Below the pieces are notes generated by a model that was not told the origin of the DNA, searched no databases, and was given only the letters and a program-made list of their open reading frames with translations. A stretch of DNA of 64,000 nt from Octopus sinensis (lineage: Eukaryota), in the NCBI RefSeq assembly GCF_006345805.1, contig NC_043003.1, forward strand, positions 16,058,001 through 16,122,000. Direction: 5' to 3'. The position numbers and the translations under genes are program-made. Each line of letters starts with the position of its first letter. The first letter of the stretch is position 1. Below, one piece after another: positions 1 to 14,182 of this stretch.

Positions 1-599
1 TGTTATTTTAGACAGAAGCAAGCAGGCAGCTGACTGACTTTAACTTATATTCAAAGGAAAGAGGTGACGCATTTACGAACGGTAGTTCTGTCTAAAATGA
101 TGTATTAACTAAAATATGATTTCAAACAGAGCAAGAGAAGTTATATTTTAATACTGTAAGACATAAAATCAGGCGGAATATTATGTTTATCGCTCCGTCT
201 TGCTGGCATAGTTGGGAATGGAAACCAGTTGGAAAGCTTTATCGTTGGAAACATGCTACCTCTCTAAAACACTTACCATTTGTGTGCTGATAGGTGAAAC
301 GAATCGGTGTTGGCTGGAGAGATAATTGGTTGGAGTCTGGCTTCCGTTTCCTGACCAAACATAGTCAAGGTTTGCTTCTGGACACACTCAAGTGTGACAG
401 ATTAAAAGAAAATAAATCTGTCACCAGTAAATAGAAGGAAGGAAAAATTGCTTTGGTAAAGGAGGAGAGAAAGAGAGAGAAACGTGAGATGATAGATAGA
501 TGAAGAGATAAAGAGTGAGAGGCGGTTGTGCAGAGATAGATATCTATCTATTTATATGGCTAATGTTACGTATTTATAAAGACAGATATTGATGGAGGA

Positions 600-632
<33 letters not shown>

Positions 633-911
633 AGTGAGTGAGTGAGTGAGTGTGGGAAGTAGAATGAGAGGAACAGAGAGAAAGTAGTAATGGCGACTAT
701 GAAAACTAGATTGCATGAAAGTGATAGGAATTGTTTTTGTACGCCCCTTCGCTATATACATCTACATCCACATCCACATATAAATATGCGTGTAATAAAT
801 AACAATACACACACACACAATGCACACAAAGATATATTCATTATATCATTTGAGAAAGTTACATAATGAATCAACACGTTAACACAGTCGTAAGTCATTC
901 CTCGCTCCAGA

Positions 912-950
<39 letters not shown>

Positions 951-1184
951 ACACACACAACACACACACACACACACACACAAACACACAAACCTTATAT
1001 AGAAATGCTAAGAAGAATCTTTCTCAAGTAACTCTTACCCTTTTTATTCTTTGTAAGCCTAGAACTTATTCTATCGGGTTCCCTTGCCGAACCGCTATGT
1101 GACGGGGACATAAACACACCAGCATTGGTTGTCAATCGATGTTGGGGCGGGAACGAACACAGACACACAAACATATACAAACAT

Positions 1185-1253
<69 letters not shown>

Positions 1254-1331
1254 ATAAATATTAGGGAATAAATCCAAATTTACAGGGAAAAAATCAGATT
1301 TAGGATTAAATCCAATTTAATAGTAAAATAT

Positions 1332-1557
1332 TATAAAATATTATTAGAGACAAAACCACTATTTTGCAAAACAAACAGGAAAGACTTAATCAATACATAA
1401 AATTTTAATAAATAGTCAAAAAAACCGCCACTACAATCGTTTCTTGTAAGACAAGAAACGATTGTAGTGGCGGTTTTTTTGACTATTTATTAAAATTTTA
1501 TGTATTGATTAAGTCTTTCCTTGTTTGTTTTGCAAAATAGTGGTTTTGTCTCTAATA

Positions 1558-1567
<10 letters not shown>
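1332..1567. repeat. Near-perfect palindrome (~116-bp arms, 3-nt loop at 1448-1450) in a TA-embedded element (~1250-1567)
   Basis: ...ctacaatcgtttcttgt-aag-acaagaaacgattgtag...; one indel between the arms. Confidence 0.95.
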
Positions 1568-1615
<48 letters not shown>

Positions 1616-2016
1616 TACATATATACACTTATATACGACGGACTTCTTTCAGTTTCCGTCTACCAAGTCCACTCACAAGGCTTTAGTCGGCCCGAAGCTA
1701 TAGTAGAAGACACTTGCACAAGGTGCCACGCAGTGGGACTGAACCCAGAACCATGTGGTTGGTAAGCAAGCTACTTATCACTCAGCCATATATATATATG
1801 CGACAGGCCTCCTTCAGTTTCCGTCTACCAAATTCACTCACAAAGCTTTAGTTGCCCCGAGGCTATAGCAGAAGACACTACCCCAAGGTGAATCCGGAAG
1901 TATATGGTTGGGAAGCAAGCTTTTTACTTCACAGCCACGCCTGTGTCTATATCCATAAAACTTCATAAATCCTTAATCTTTTACAGCTATGAACTTTAAA
2001 ATCTTTGATCCATAAA

Positions 2017-2410
2017 TCTATATATATAAAGCTGAAGTTGTTTGTCTGCGTGTGGCAGGTTTGGTAGTCTTCAACTAACACTATCTCCTCCGAGACCCTG
2101 CGGTGCAAGTTGACAAAAATTCAGAGTATGATAGAAGAAGGCTTGCTCTTCATTACGTACAAGAAAAAATTCAAATCGGACCATGTTAACACCAAAAATT
2201 ATTTACATCAAAAAGGTGCTTTTTTTCTATGAAAATCCCTATTTGTTACGATATTTTGACTGCTGTGTCGCCATTTTTAGGTGTATTTCAACCAGAAAAA
2301 GGTTCACTTAAAGAGAATAACAAGCTACATAATGCAAAATTTTTAATTTTCAAAAATTCCAATTCTAAAGAGTCGAAACAAACCCGAGCAACGCCGGGCG
2401 ATACTGCTAG
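2017..2410 (+). mobile_element. Non-autonomous Helitron
   Basis: A|TCTATATATATAAA ... cccgagcaacgccggg hairpin ... CTAG|T. Confidence 0.85.
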
Positions 2411-3249
2411 TCTGTTATATTTCCTTGTACTCTACACTTTTTGTGTATTTTATCTTCTTTTATTTTAATTCATTTTATTTAACACCCTTCCTTTGTTACT
2501 AGCATTACCGACTAACGGACTAACTGTGTTACCCTGATGGCTTACTATGCTAATATGCGCATCTTAAGTTTTAACTTTGCTGTTCTCAAATCAAAATCAA
2601 AATCCAAGTTATTTCCTTTATTCCATTTAAAGTAGATATTGCTTTTCATTCTCCGGGAGTTATAGAAAGAAAATTTCTGTTAAGATCTGAGGGTTGATTC
2701 AATTGCTAAATTCTTCCCACCATATTATATGCTCCGTATTCATATTTAAACAAATTTTCGTACCTTGGGTTTTATAATTATTATTTTAAATATCCAAGAA
2801 ATTTTTTTTTAATAATTTTAAATTTCCGAATTTCACTGATACAAGCAACCAGAGAGAAGAAAACTAATTCATCAGCAAAAATTTATCTATATATAATTTA
2901 ATCAATAACATTATTCTAAAAAGCTGCAATGCGATAAGAAGACATAGATGCTGTTTCGTCAACCAAATGTTTAGCATATATTTCAAAGAAGGGTTTATTT
3001 CCTTAAGGGGAAAGAATATAATTCAAGTATCAATTTGCATTTTATTTTCACTCTAAACTCTCCTAAGCGTTATAGCATCACGGTAACGGTACACATGCAC
3101 GCATAAACATATACACACAGGTATAACGTGGCGCCATATTCCATATTTCAAGTTCTTTTTTGTTTTATGGAATTTATGAGCTACAAGATTTTCCATGCGC
3201 TGTATTTTGCATGCATTGCATTTTAACGTTGTTGTTATTGTTGTTGTCC

Positions 3250-3525
3250 TCCACCTTCTTCTTCTTCACCTTCTTCTTCTTTTCCTTCTTCTTCTTCTCC
3301 TCCTTCTTCTTCTCCTTCTTCTTCTTCTTCTCCCCTTCTTCTTCTTCTTCTCCACCTCCTCTCCTCCTCCTCCTTCTTCTTCTTCTTCCGTTTCTTCTCC
3401 TCCTTCTTCTCCTCCTCCTCCTTCTTCTTCTTCTTCTTCTTCTCCTTCTTCTCTTCTTCTTCTTCTTCTTCTTCTCCTTCTCCTCCTCCTTCTTCTTCTT
3501 CTTCTTCTTCTTCTTCTTCTTCTTC
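3250..3525. repeat. (TTC/TCC)n microsatellite
   Basis: Direct reading. Confidence 0.97.
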
Positions 3526-4430
3526 CAATGAGGACTCACTCCATTAGCCCCACAAAGAATAATCTCTAATTCGAGCCTACTCTAAGCTACTAAGAATGCG
3601 TGTGACAACTTGAAGATCCACGCACCACACGCGATAGACTGGCGGTTGCACGGGCGCGAAAGCTACGTTGTTATCCTCATTCCGTAAACAGTGGCTTTTT
3701 AACGGGTGGAGAGCTGAACCATCCTAGGGTACAGAGGATTCGCAATCTAGACTAGAGTCTGAAAGTTTACCACAACATAGTGGGTTACACCATGGGTCCT
3801 CTGCTTTGTGGCAGAAGTAGGAAGAAAGAGTGAGAGGAAGTTGTGATGAAACACTCACAATGCCCGGTCTGGGAATCGAAACCGCGTTCTTACGACCGGG
3901 AATCCGCTGCCGTAACCACTGGGCCATTGCGCCCCCACTGTTGTTGTTGTTGCTGGTTAAACTGCCCCACTTCACTTCTGCCGTTCAGTGCTGATCAAGC
4001 AGAACTATGATCGAAAACGTCTCGTATTATTTTAAGGTATTTTAAGGTATTTTAAGGATGACATCATTCATTATATCCTGTTTGTGTGTGTTTCTGTAAA
4101 TGTATGTGGTTGTGTGGATAGGTGGATTGACAAACAGAAAGAGAGAGAGAGAGAGAGAGAGAATAGACAGACAGACAGACAGACAGACTCTTATTTGTAT
4201 GGGATTTGTGTATATGTGTATGTTTGTGTGAAAGTAAAGCAGACAGGCAGGCAGAAAGATAGATAGACAGAGAGACGGACAGTTAGACATACAGACAGGC
4301 AGACATACAGACAGGCAGACATACAGACAGGCAGACATACAGACAGGCAGACATACAGACAGGCAGACAGATAGAAAGAGTGACAAACAGACAAACAGAC
4401 AGATAGATAAATAGTTTGATAGATAGATAT

Positions 4431-5693
4431 GTTTCTTTATTAGCCACACAGGGCTGCACACAGATAGAACAAATTACCAGGTAGAGCTTTTCTTTTGAAG
4501 GGTTAAAAAAAAAAAAAATAAAATAAAATAAAATAAAATAAAAAGTGGGGGTCGATCAAAAGGGATCGTAAAAGAGAGAAAGAGGACAAAAAAAGGGGGG
4601 GTTAAAAAAAAGGGGGAGAGGAAAAAAAATTGATCAATAGGGATCGTTATCACAGAAATGTCAATATGAGTGTAAAGGGAGGACAGGTGGAGGTTTACCG
4701 TGGAAAGAAAAGCCTACGAAAAAGACCACGGTAACCTCGGTCATGAAGTCACATGTTATATTTTCTTTTTTTTTTTTTTTGCAAATAAGCAACTCTCTGT
4801 ATTAATTTTACGGTTCATAGAATCATAGTCAAGGTGGCTTCGTCATTCATACGTGCCATCCTTGCTACATTCACCCATCTTTTTAAAACATTCACTAGAC
4901 AAACTTGCCTCTCTACTCTCACTTTTTTCTTCAGTGATACTTGAGAAGTTGATGAGAGATTGACCAGAGAGGAAAAGTTTTTCTCTAATCCTTTCAGACG
5001 CGTCCACCAGATACATTCTTTCGCATAGCCACAAGTAATGATAAAAATAGCTCTCCTTCCCGTTTGAAGGAAGGAGGCGTGGACTGATATTAACGATAGA
5101 CTCGGCTGATAAACCGACACTCCCACACGTGACAGCAGTCGTTCGACATAAGCCCACAGGTGGGAAATTGCTGGACACTGCACGATTGCGTGCAGAGCGT
5201 TTCGTCGCTCTGCCCGCATCTCGGGCAGGTCGTCCCCGTGTTTCTCGAGCCATGCCTATTAGAGCTTATCCCGAACGGGTAGCGCTTCTCGGTAGCACCG
5301 CCAGGCCAGGGATCTCTGGAAGTTGTCCATAGGTCCCGGGCCGAAGTCGTTTGAAACAGGCGGGTCAGTATTCCTCGTCGACGCCCAGGTTTGCCCCGAG
5401 CTCGTCGTCGTACCTCCCCTCCACTAATCCCTATATAATGCTTGGTTGTGTTGAAGTCACTCAAGGTCGACCCGGGACGGCAGAGTTGCTTAGAGGCAAC
5501 GCGACACTCGCGGTGCCATTCGCCCTTCTTCGGCCTCTTTTGATCCACGACTGTAGTTCGGTCATGAGACGAGTTGCGGGAATGCGTGCCTCACAAACGG
5601 CGACCACACCTGTTCACCGTCGTCTACATAGAGCCGGAGATGTCGCAGTCTCAGCGCGTGTCTGCGCATCATCAACCACGGCATGCCCAGCCC
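4431..5693 (-). mobile_element. 5'-truncated L1/Tx1-clade LINE 3' end
   Basis: Frameshifted ORF2 C-terminus with CPRCGQSDETL..HAIVQC (CCHC-type) and AKECIWWTR; 3' UTR with AATAAA near 4436-4441; both junctions lie in (GATA)n-type repeats. Confidence 0.85.
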
Positions 5694-5731
<38 letters not shown>

Positions 5732-5732
5732 C

Positions 5733-5809
<77 letters not shown>

Positions 5810-5820
5810 GAAATAGACAG
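5694..5820. repeat. (GATA)n microsatellite
   Basis: Direct reading; others at 15845-16145 and 55920-56000. Confidence 0.97.
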
Positions 5821-6099
5821 AGCTTCTCTCTCTGGCTTGATTCTTCCTACTCTCTTTGGGTGTTGATATTTCTCGTTTACACGTATGATCTATTTCTCAG
5901 TTTGAAGTGACCATGGTTACTACTTGAAAATATATTAAATAAATGATTGGTGTTTCGAGAAATATACTTTTGGTAATGTTCAGATTCCAAGTTATTACTT
6001 TAAAAGACAGGATAAGAAAAATTTTGAAAATATCATACCCTGTATTTTCGTTTGGAATCGTTCCTATCTAAATTAACTTTCAAAGTTGTTTTTCTTACC

Positions 6100-6470
6100 T
6101 ACATAAATACATACATACATACATACATACATACATACATACATACATACACATAAATACTTACATAAATTACTACTACTGCATAACATACTACATACAT
6201 ACATAAATACATACCTACATACATACATACATAATACATAATACATACATACATACATAAATACATACATACATACATAAATCTACATACATACATACAT
6301 ACATACATACATACATACATACATCATACATACATACATACATACATACATACTACATAATACATACATACATACATACAGACAGACATACATAAATACA
6401 TACATACATACATACATACATACATAATACATACATACCATACATACATACATACATCCATACATACATA
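6100..6470. repeat. (TACA)n microsatellite
   Basis: Direct reading; similar tract at 23520-24050. Confidence 0.95.
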
Positions 6471-6775
6471 TGTATAAAATACAAAATGTATAAAATACAA
6501 TATTTTCCAGAAGTTTATCATTTAAGTAGATATGCACATGTCTAGACATGCAACTATATGCTTGAGAATATATACATACATAAAACAAAACATACAAATC
6601 TACACATACACTGACTCCGAATACTACACATATGTACATATACATGCAGAAATTCCTTGTTGATTTTGGTGAAATTCCAGTGAACGAGCCTTGGATCTAG
6701 GTTAGAAACCGGCTCTTTCTCTTTTGGCAAGAAACCTTGAGATATAATAATAGCATTCATATGTATAAATTCAAT

Positions 6776-7408
6776 ATTCTTTTTACGGCAAGCGCAAGAC
6801 TTGAAATTTAGGGGAAGATTTTAAGTCGATTACATCGACCCCAGTACGTAACTGGTATTTATTTAATCGACTACGAAAGGATGAATGGCAAAGTCGAACC
6901 CAGCGGAATTTTAACTCAGAACGCAGCGACGGCTGAAATACCTATTTATTTACTACCCCCAAGGGGTTAAACACAAAGAGGACAAACAAGGACAGACAAA
7001 CGGATTAAGTCGATTATATAGACCCTAGTGCGTAACTGGTACTTATTTAATCGACCCCGAAAAGATGAAAGGCAAAGTCGACCTCGGCCGAATTTGAACT
7101 CAGAATGTGGCGGCAGACGAAATACTGCTGAGCTTTCCGTCCAGTGTGCTAAAGATTCTGTTTACCGCCTTCATATACATATGTCTGTCTAATTCTTTTC
7201 TACTCTAGGCACAAGGCCCAAATTTTGGGGGGAGCGGAGTCAGTCGATTAGTTCGACCCCAGTACGCAATCGGTACTTAATTCATCCACCCCGAAAGGAT
7301 GAAAGGTAAAGTCGATCTCAGCGGAATTTGAACTCAGAACGTAAAGACAGACGAAATACCGCTAAGCACTTCGCCCGGCGTGCTAACGTTTCTGCCAGCT
7401 CGCCTCCT
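6776..7408 (-). mobile_element. tRNA-derived SINE family B, multi-unit
   Basis: Head ggcgagctggcagaaacgttagc, B box gagttcaaattcc, repeated ggggtcgat..gtaccagt..ggggtcgat units. Confidence 0.88.
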
Positions 7409-7813
7409 TCATTATGCCTGTCTAATTGTTAAACGAGTATCCTGGCCCACAAGTCAAGTCAGATATGGTGACATATTTTGTCAGGTCGTCCCGGGTAACC
7501 CTCCGAACAGTGTCCCAGTTAGTTCCCATCCCCATTCCCGCGAGATATTTCATCATACGCTATGACCATTTGGCATGTGGCCGACCGACACGATCCACCA
7601 CCCCAGCCGAATCCTCAGAGAAAACACGATACACCGGATCCCACTCATAAAAATCAAGCAACATGACCAGTCCCGAATTATGCAAATAACAGGTCGCCAC
7701 CCAGTTTCTGAGAGTAGCCGTTGATCGGATACGAAATTTGATCTGTGGTCGCTGATAATCCTGCGAAGCGTCTCGGTACCAAAGGAGTTCAGGATTAAGA
7801 CACGATAACAAAA

Positions 7814-8192
7814 TATTGGGTTGTCCGGAAAGTTCGTGCCGATTTTTAAAAGAAAGAAAAAGGTCAATAAATACTTGCCATTACATTTTTAATCAACTAA
7901 ATATGAACTATTTTGTTGCACAATGCGTTTCCATCTTTCCTTTACCTTGAAAATACCCTCTTCCCAGAATTGAGGGGGTTCCATGGCAAAGAATTCATCA
8001 AGGTATCTTTTTACGTCATCCAAGGAATTGAAATTTTTACCATTAAGACTATTCTGAAGAGACCTGAATAAGTGGAAATCTGAAGGAGCAATATCTGGTG
8101 AATATGGAGGGTGAGGCAACACATCTCAGCCAAGCTGCAGCAATTTTTGTCTGGTTCCCAAAGCATCAAGTGCCGAAAATGAACTTTCTTAT
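7814..8192 (-). mobile_element. Mariner (DD34D) internally deleted fragment, 3' TIR present
   Basis: TA + TIR ttgggttgtccggaaagttcgtgccga; PHPPYSPDIAPSDFHLF..WEEGI motif; N-terminal KVHFRHLML fused directly to RQKLLQLGW. Confidence 0.93.
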
Positions 8193-8619
8193 ATGTCCTC
8201 TTTTGTAGTTTTCTAACCACATCTGTTGCGGAAATCAGTTGCCCTATGGATACGGATGTGGTTGGAAAACTACAGAAAAGGACATCTATGGACTATTGAT
8301 AAGGTGTTTTCAAATTCAAATCCAGTACCCAAGATACCCTATCAGCATCATAGCTATGATTATTGCTGCAACAGGATACGAACCAACCCCACTGGAGCAA
8401 ATTATAGCTGGACTTGGGTTCTTATGGAGAGAATGTAACCCCTCAGTTCATACACTGCAATAATTTGTGATTGAACATTGGTTCATAACAGAGAAGGAAA
8501 AAACAAAGACATTTGTAATCTTGCTAACCCTTTCACTGTGGAAAGTAGATATGTCCACTCAAAATTTCCTTACCCTTCATTGCGGAAAACTGTTGTATTT
8601 GCCCAACTATAGGAATGTC

Positions 8620-9045
8620 ATATTTGGAATCAGTTTTTGTTATGTTAAGTTTATCGAAACTTATACAAAATACTAATTCTATTTTTTGGTAGATTTCATG
8701 ACTGGAATAACCATAAAATTAAATCTGTTGTGTCACATTCACCGGTAAAATTTCCACTTTTTCTTATTTTTATTTTCCTAAAAACTATTGAGTCAAAACT
8801 ATTGAAAAGGTTGCAAGACGCAACGAAAATTTTTGGAAAATAAAAATAAGAAAAAAAGTGGAAATTTTACCGGTGAGTGTGTTACATTATAAGGCACAAA
8901 AATAAAATGACTCTCCCCAGACACAATAGATTAAATTTTATGGTTATTCCAGTAATGAAATCTACCAAAAAAATAGAATTAGTATTTTGTATAAGTGCTT
9001 CAACACACGAACTCACATAAATAATCTTGCAAACCAAATCCAAAA
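8620..9045. mobile_element. Nested inverted-repeat (MITE-like) structure; inner element 8729-8885
   Basis: Outer arms acttatacaaaatactaattcta...aatctgttgtgtc / gacacaatagatt...tagaattagtattttgtataagt; inner arms cacattcaccggtaaaatttccac / gtggaaattttaccggtgagtgtg. Confidence 0.75.
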
Positions 9046-9617
9046 ACGAAACATAAAATTTAATTTCGCAAGAAAGTATCAATGTATTAAAACAAATAGA
9101 TATTGAGGTTAGGAGAGATCAGGATTTTAGTGATAAGAAACAAAGATGGTGCGAGGGTGGACACCTAACACCATATTAATCAGCAAAGTAACTGGAAGTT
9201 TTGTAGAAGACAAAGACAACTTGTGAAAGGCCTATTAGAAACGAAGACATTGCTAGAGCCATGTCTTGAAGAGATTGAGACAAGAGAGAAGCAATTTCAA
9301 TTAAAAATGGACAAAAGGTTTCAACATTATGCAAATGAGTTGTAAACCATTAACCAAAAGTAGACAATAGAGTGGTCGCAGAGTTGGCTTATGCACTAAG
9401 GAAGGTCGTATTTCGGATACTGAACATAAATTGAAAAGAAACAACAGGAATCCTGAATATAAGATGTAGGAAACCATAAATTAATGAATACGAAGTTTCG
9501 AATACAAGATGCATAACGATACCGAGATTTTCAAAGGCTTGAAGAGAAATACAGACTGCAAAATAAAAGTTGAATATTTAGAAATAAATAAGAAGTGATG
9601 AAGAGAGAGATAAAACA

Positions 9618-10203
9618 TATATTCTTTTCTACTCTGGGCACAAGGCATGAAATTTTTAGAGAGGGGTCAGTCGATAAGATCCCAGTTGCGTACTGGGATC
9701 GATCTAATTTATCGACCCCGAAAGGATAAAAGGTAAAGTCAACTTCGACGGAGTTTGAACTCAGAACATAAAGACAGATGAAATACCTATTTCTTTATTA
9801 CCCACAAGGGTAATAACATAGAGTGGACAAACAAGGACAGACAAAGGGATTAAGTCGATTACATCGACCCCAATACGTAACTGGTACTTTATTTATCCAC
9901 CCCCAAAAGAACGAAATGTAAAGTCGACCCCGACGGAATTTGAACTCAGAACATAAAGACAGATGAAATACCTATTTCTTTATTACCCACAAGGTAATAA
10001 CATAGAGTGGACAAACAAGTACAGACATAGGTATTAAGTCGATACATCGACCCCAGTGCGTAACTGATACTTAATTTATCGACCCAGAAAAGACGAAAGG
10101 TAAAGTCGACCCCGACGGAATTTGAACTCTGAACGTAAAGACAGATGAAATACCGCTAAGCATTTCGCCCGGCGTGCTAACGTTTCTGCCAGCTCGCTGC
10201 CTT
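9618..10203 (-). mobile_element. SINE family B multimer with 10-bp TSD
   Basis: TSD agataaaaca at 9608-9617 and 10204-10213; one head and three internal units. Confidence 0.9.
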
Positions 10204-10699
10204 AGATAAAACAGATATTAGAGAAAATTAACAACTAATGCTAAAACAGAAGTAAAGATAAGGGAAAACCAGGCACATGCATCACAACCATAAGAGCACG
10301 ACATGGTGATCTCATATCAAGATAAACAGAGCATGACCTTGCAGGTGGGGCCCAGTGGGAATTTTTCTTCAGGTTGAGTAGCCCATCCCTCTCAAAAGGT
10401 CTCTGAATAAGGGCTATTTAAGGATGACGGATAAAACACCAATGTTTCCAAAGGGGAATTATCCAAAGCGCAAAGAATTTCTCTCAACACATGATGCTCT
10501 CCCGCTACTTCTGCTCGTGATCAGAGATGCACATATCGTCAGCCTCTAAGTGACATGCTCAACTGGTTAAGTTCAAACAATTGACAAGCAAGTCTGTGGT
10601 ATTGAGCAGAATATTAGCTTTAGCCCATTTTTCATACCAAAACAAAACAACGTACAATCAGTTAAGATCAGAAGCCACGAGAGCCACTGCCTGGTAATG

Positions 10700-10738
<39 letters not shown>

Positions 10739-10763
10739 CATTATTATTATTATTATTATTATT

Positions 10764-10802
<39 letters not shown>

Positions 10803-11203
10803 GTCATCATTATCATCATCATTATTATTGTTGTTGTTGTTAAAGTGGCGAGCTGGCAGAAACGTTAGCACGATGGGCAAAACACTCAGCGACAGTTCGT
10901 CTGACTTTATGTCCTCAGTTCAAACACCGACAAGGTCGACTGTACTTTTTTATCTCTTCGGGTCAGGAAAACAAGTATTAGTTTGATCGCTGGGGGCCTA
11001 TGTAACGGACTTACCTAATAACGCAAATTTGCTGGCCTCGTGTCAAAATTTAAAACCGTCATTATTACAATTTTTCGTAAAACAAATTAAAAAACCATTA
11101 ATATTACTGAAACTTCGATTTCACGTTCTCAGCCACTGATCAGTTCACAGCACATGAGGACACTCTTACTACATATACACACAAACAGACATGCGCACGC
11201 ACA

Positions 11204-11268
<65 letters not shown>

Positions 11269-11900
11269 CACACATACAGAGTAAACTCTCATCAAGTAAG
11301 AAAAACATTCAGTATTTCGAATCTTCATATTTCTTTTCACCAGACGGCTTATCTCTTAATATCGAAAAGAAAACGAAAATTATTTTTTCAGTGTTAGAAA
11401 TCAGTGGAGTGCGGCAAAGCTTGTGCAGCAGTTTCCTCTTTGTTTGTTTTCCCTTTTGTTTTTTGTTTTTTGGGGTTTTTTTTTGTTTTTTGTTTTTTAG
11501 TTTCTCATTTTTGTAAAAATCTTGCCTGAGACATTAACCGAGCTTACGTAACGCAACAGAGCGGATAAAAAAGAAATGAAAGCGAAGACAAAAAGCATAT
11601 AGAGGCGAATAAAACTAAAAGCTTGGCTAAATCACACCTATATACACACATACATACATACATGCATACATACATACATACATACATATGCACATACATA
11701 TACATATATATATATATATGTACACATATACATACATATATATATACACATGCATACATATAGATACATATATATATATATACACATGCATACATATAGA
11801 TATATATATATATATATAAATGTATATATACATATATATATGTATATATGTATATATACATACATACATATATGCATACACACATGGCAAACTAAAGCAA

Positions 11901-11970
<70 letters not shown>

Positions 11971-13436
11971 ATATATATACATATATATATATATACATAC
12001 ATATACATAAACAGATATACATATATAAATACATGTATATATATATAAATGTATATATATACACATAGATATCTGTATAATATCAAATACATATATATAT
12101 ATATATAATATATATATATTATATATAATATATACAGAGAGAGAGAGAGGAGAGGAGAGAGAGAGAGAGAGAGATGCAAATACATCATGTTTTTCTTTAC
12201 TTTAAATTAAGAATTCTATTAGAAAAAATAATACAGAAAATGAAAACTCAATCAATTTTGAAAGTTAATTCGATTTTCCTATTATAGTTAAATAAAAAAA
12301 CGCCCGAAATAGCTGGGTGTGTAGGAAGGTCTCATTGAAACTATATTCTCCAAGATATACTTTTAATGATCTTTATGGTTTTTCAGACGTCTTCATTTTG
12401 TAAACGTTTGAATTAAGGCGACATCATTATGAAGGATATTGTTCTCAAATATCTCATGCTTATAATCAATTTCTTTATTTCAGTGCGTGCATGGGCATAC
12501 GCGTGTGCGCGTGTACATACGCATATAGGTATGCATATGTGAGTATGTATGTGCATATATATATATATATATATATACATACATACGTGCGCACACATAT
12601 CAAGCTATCAATTTATCGATCGGTCGGTCTATCAGTCTGTCTACCTCAGTCATTTTGGCAAAGATCAAAGTGTGTGTGTGTTGTGTGTGTGTGTGTGTGT
12701 GAGTGTTATGTAGAAAGATAGATACATACATACAGACATAAATACAAGCATGCATACATACATACATGCATGCAAGCATGCATATATCCATACATACATA
12801 GGACATACAAATATGTATCCATCATATATATGTGTGTATGTATGTTGGTATGTATACATATATTGTGTGTGTGCGTGTTTCTGTGTGTGTGTGCGTGTGT
12901 GTGTGTGTGCACGCGTCTCTCTGCGTGTGTGTGTGCGTTTGTGTGTGCGCGTGCGTCCGTATGTGTGCGTGTGTGTATGTCTGAGTGCGTGTGTGTGCAC
13001 GCACGCGGTTCTTTCTGTCATAGTGCTGTTTTATTGATGAACCAAATTCTCAGCCGCGGTTCGATACTCGGCTGCAGCTATCTAACTGCCCATATATTAA
13101 TGACGGACCTGGGGCGAAAATCTATAAGAATTTAATGACCGTTCCCTTAAAATGATAAAATTAACCCTGCAACATATCTTTCGTGATAGTACACGAATAA
13201 AGATATATTTGTCAAAATTACTTATTGTCATTACTCCCGTTCCTCTAAAACAGTATTACGCGTGAATGACAATCTTTTTCTTCGACCGACTTGCCGCCAT
13301 TTTAATTCGTTTGTCTCTTCCCTCTTATTTGTGTCTGTCAGGTTATGGCTAAATGTTGTAAGCCAGAAACGAAGTGATTAAATGTTTCTTTCTATCGGGT
13401 TATTCTTTTATTCTTTTGCTTGTTTCAGTCATTTGC

Positions 13437-13909
13437 AGAGAAGCTTGAATTTGGTCATTCAACTTCTCATTTAAGTCAGCGGTAGAAGAAAAACGACCAT
13501 CTTCGGTTTCAAGACGAAAGGTGTTCTTCCATCAGGATAATAATACTCAGTAACATACAGCGAGGATGACAATCCAAAGACTGGAGCAGTTTGAATGGGA
13601 AACGATGCCTCACTCACCATATTCGCCTGACATTGCCCCAAGTGATTATCATTTATTCCGCAATCATCAAAGTCATTTGGACGGGGAAAATATGAATTCT
13701 GTAGACGAGGTCAGAACAGTACTGGAGGAGTATTTTTCGTCACAGACAAGTGAATTTTGGAAGAGGGGCCTTACAAGTCTGCCAGATAGATGAAAGAGCA
13801 TTGTAGAAAATGTAAGAGAGTATATTTTAGATTAAAAAAGAACTTTGTTTATCTTAGTTTTGAAAAATTAAAGAAGTATAAAAGAGGCATTATTTATGGG
13901 ATGACCCAA
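13437..13909 (+). mobile_element. Mariner fragment, second TIR family
   Basis: VFFHQDN..HTARMTIQRL..MPHSPYSPDIAPSDYHLF; ends cattatttatgggatgacccaa-TA. Confidence 0.9.
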
Positions 13910-13938
13910 TATTTGTATTTACTGATTCAATTTCGTTT

Positions 13939-14142
13939 ATTCTTTTGTTCTTTTACTCGTTTCAGTCATCTGACTTCGGCCATACTGGAGCACCGCCTTG
14001 AGGGGTTTTAGTCGACCAAATCGACTCCCGGCACTTGTTTTTTAAGTTTAGTACTTATTCTATCGTTCTCTTTTGCTGAACCGCGGTTGTCAAGCGGTGA
14101 GGGAGGGGACAAACATAGACACAGACACACACATACACATAG

Positions 14143-14182
<40 letters not shown>

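Noticed and set aside
3860-3936. tRNA gene (also 56830-56910)
   Set aside because: tRNA-like head with A/B boxes that runs into a shared SINE body; no proper acceptor stem.
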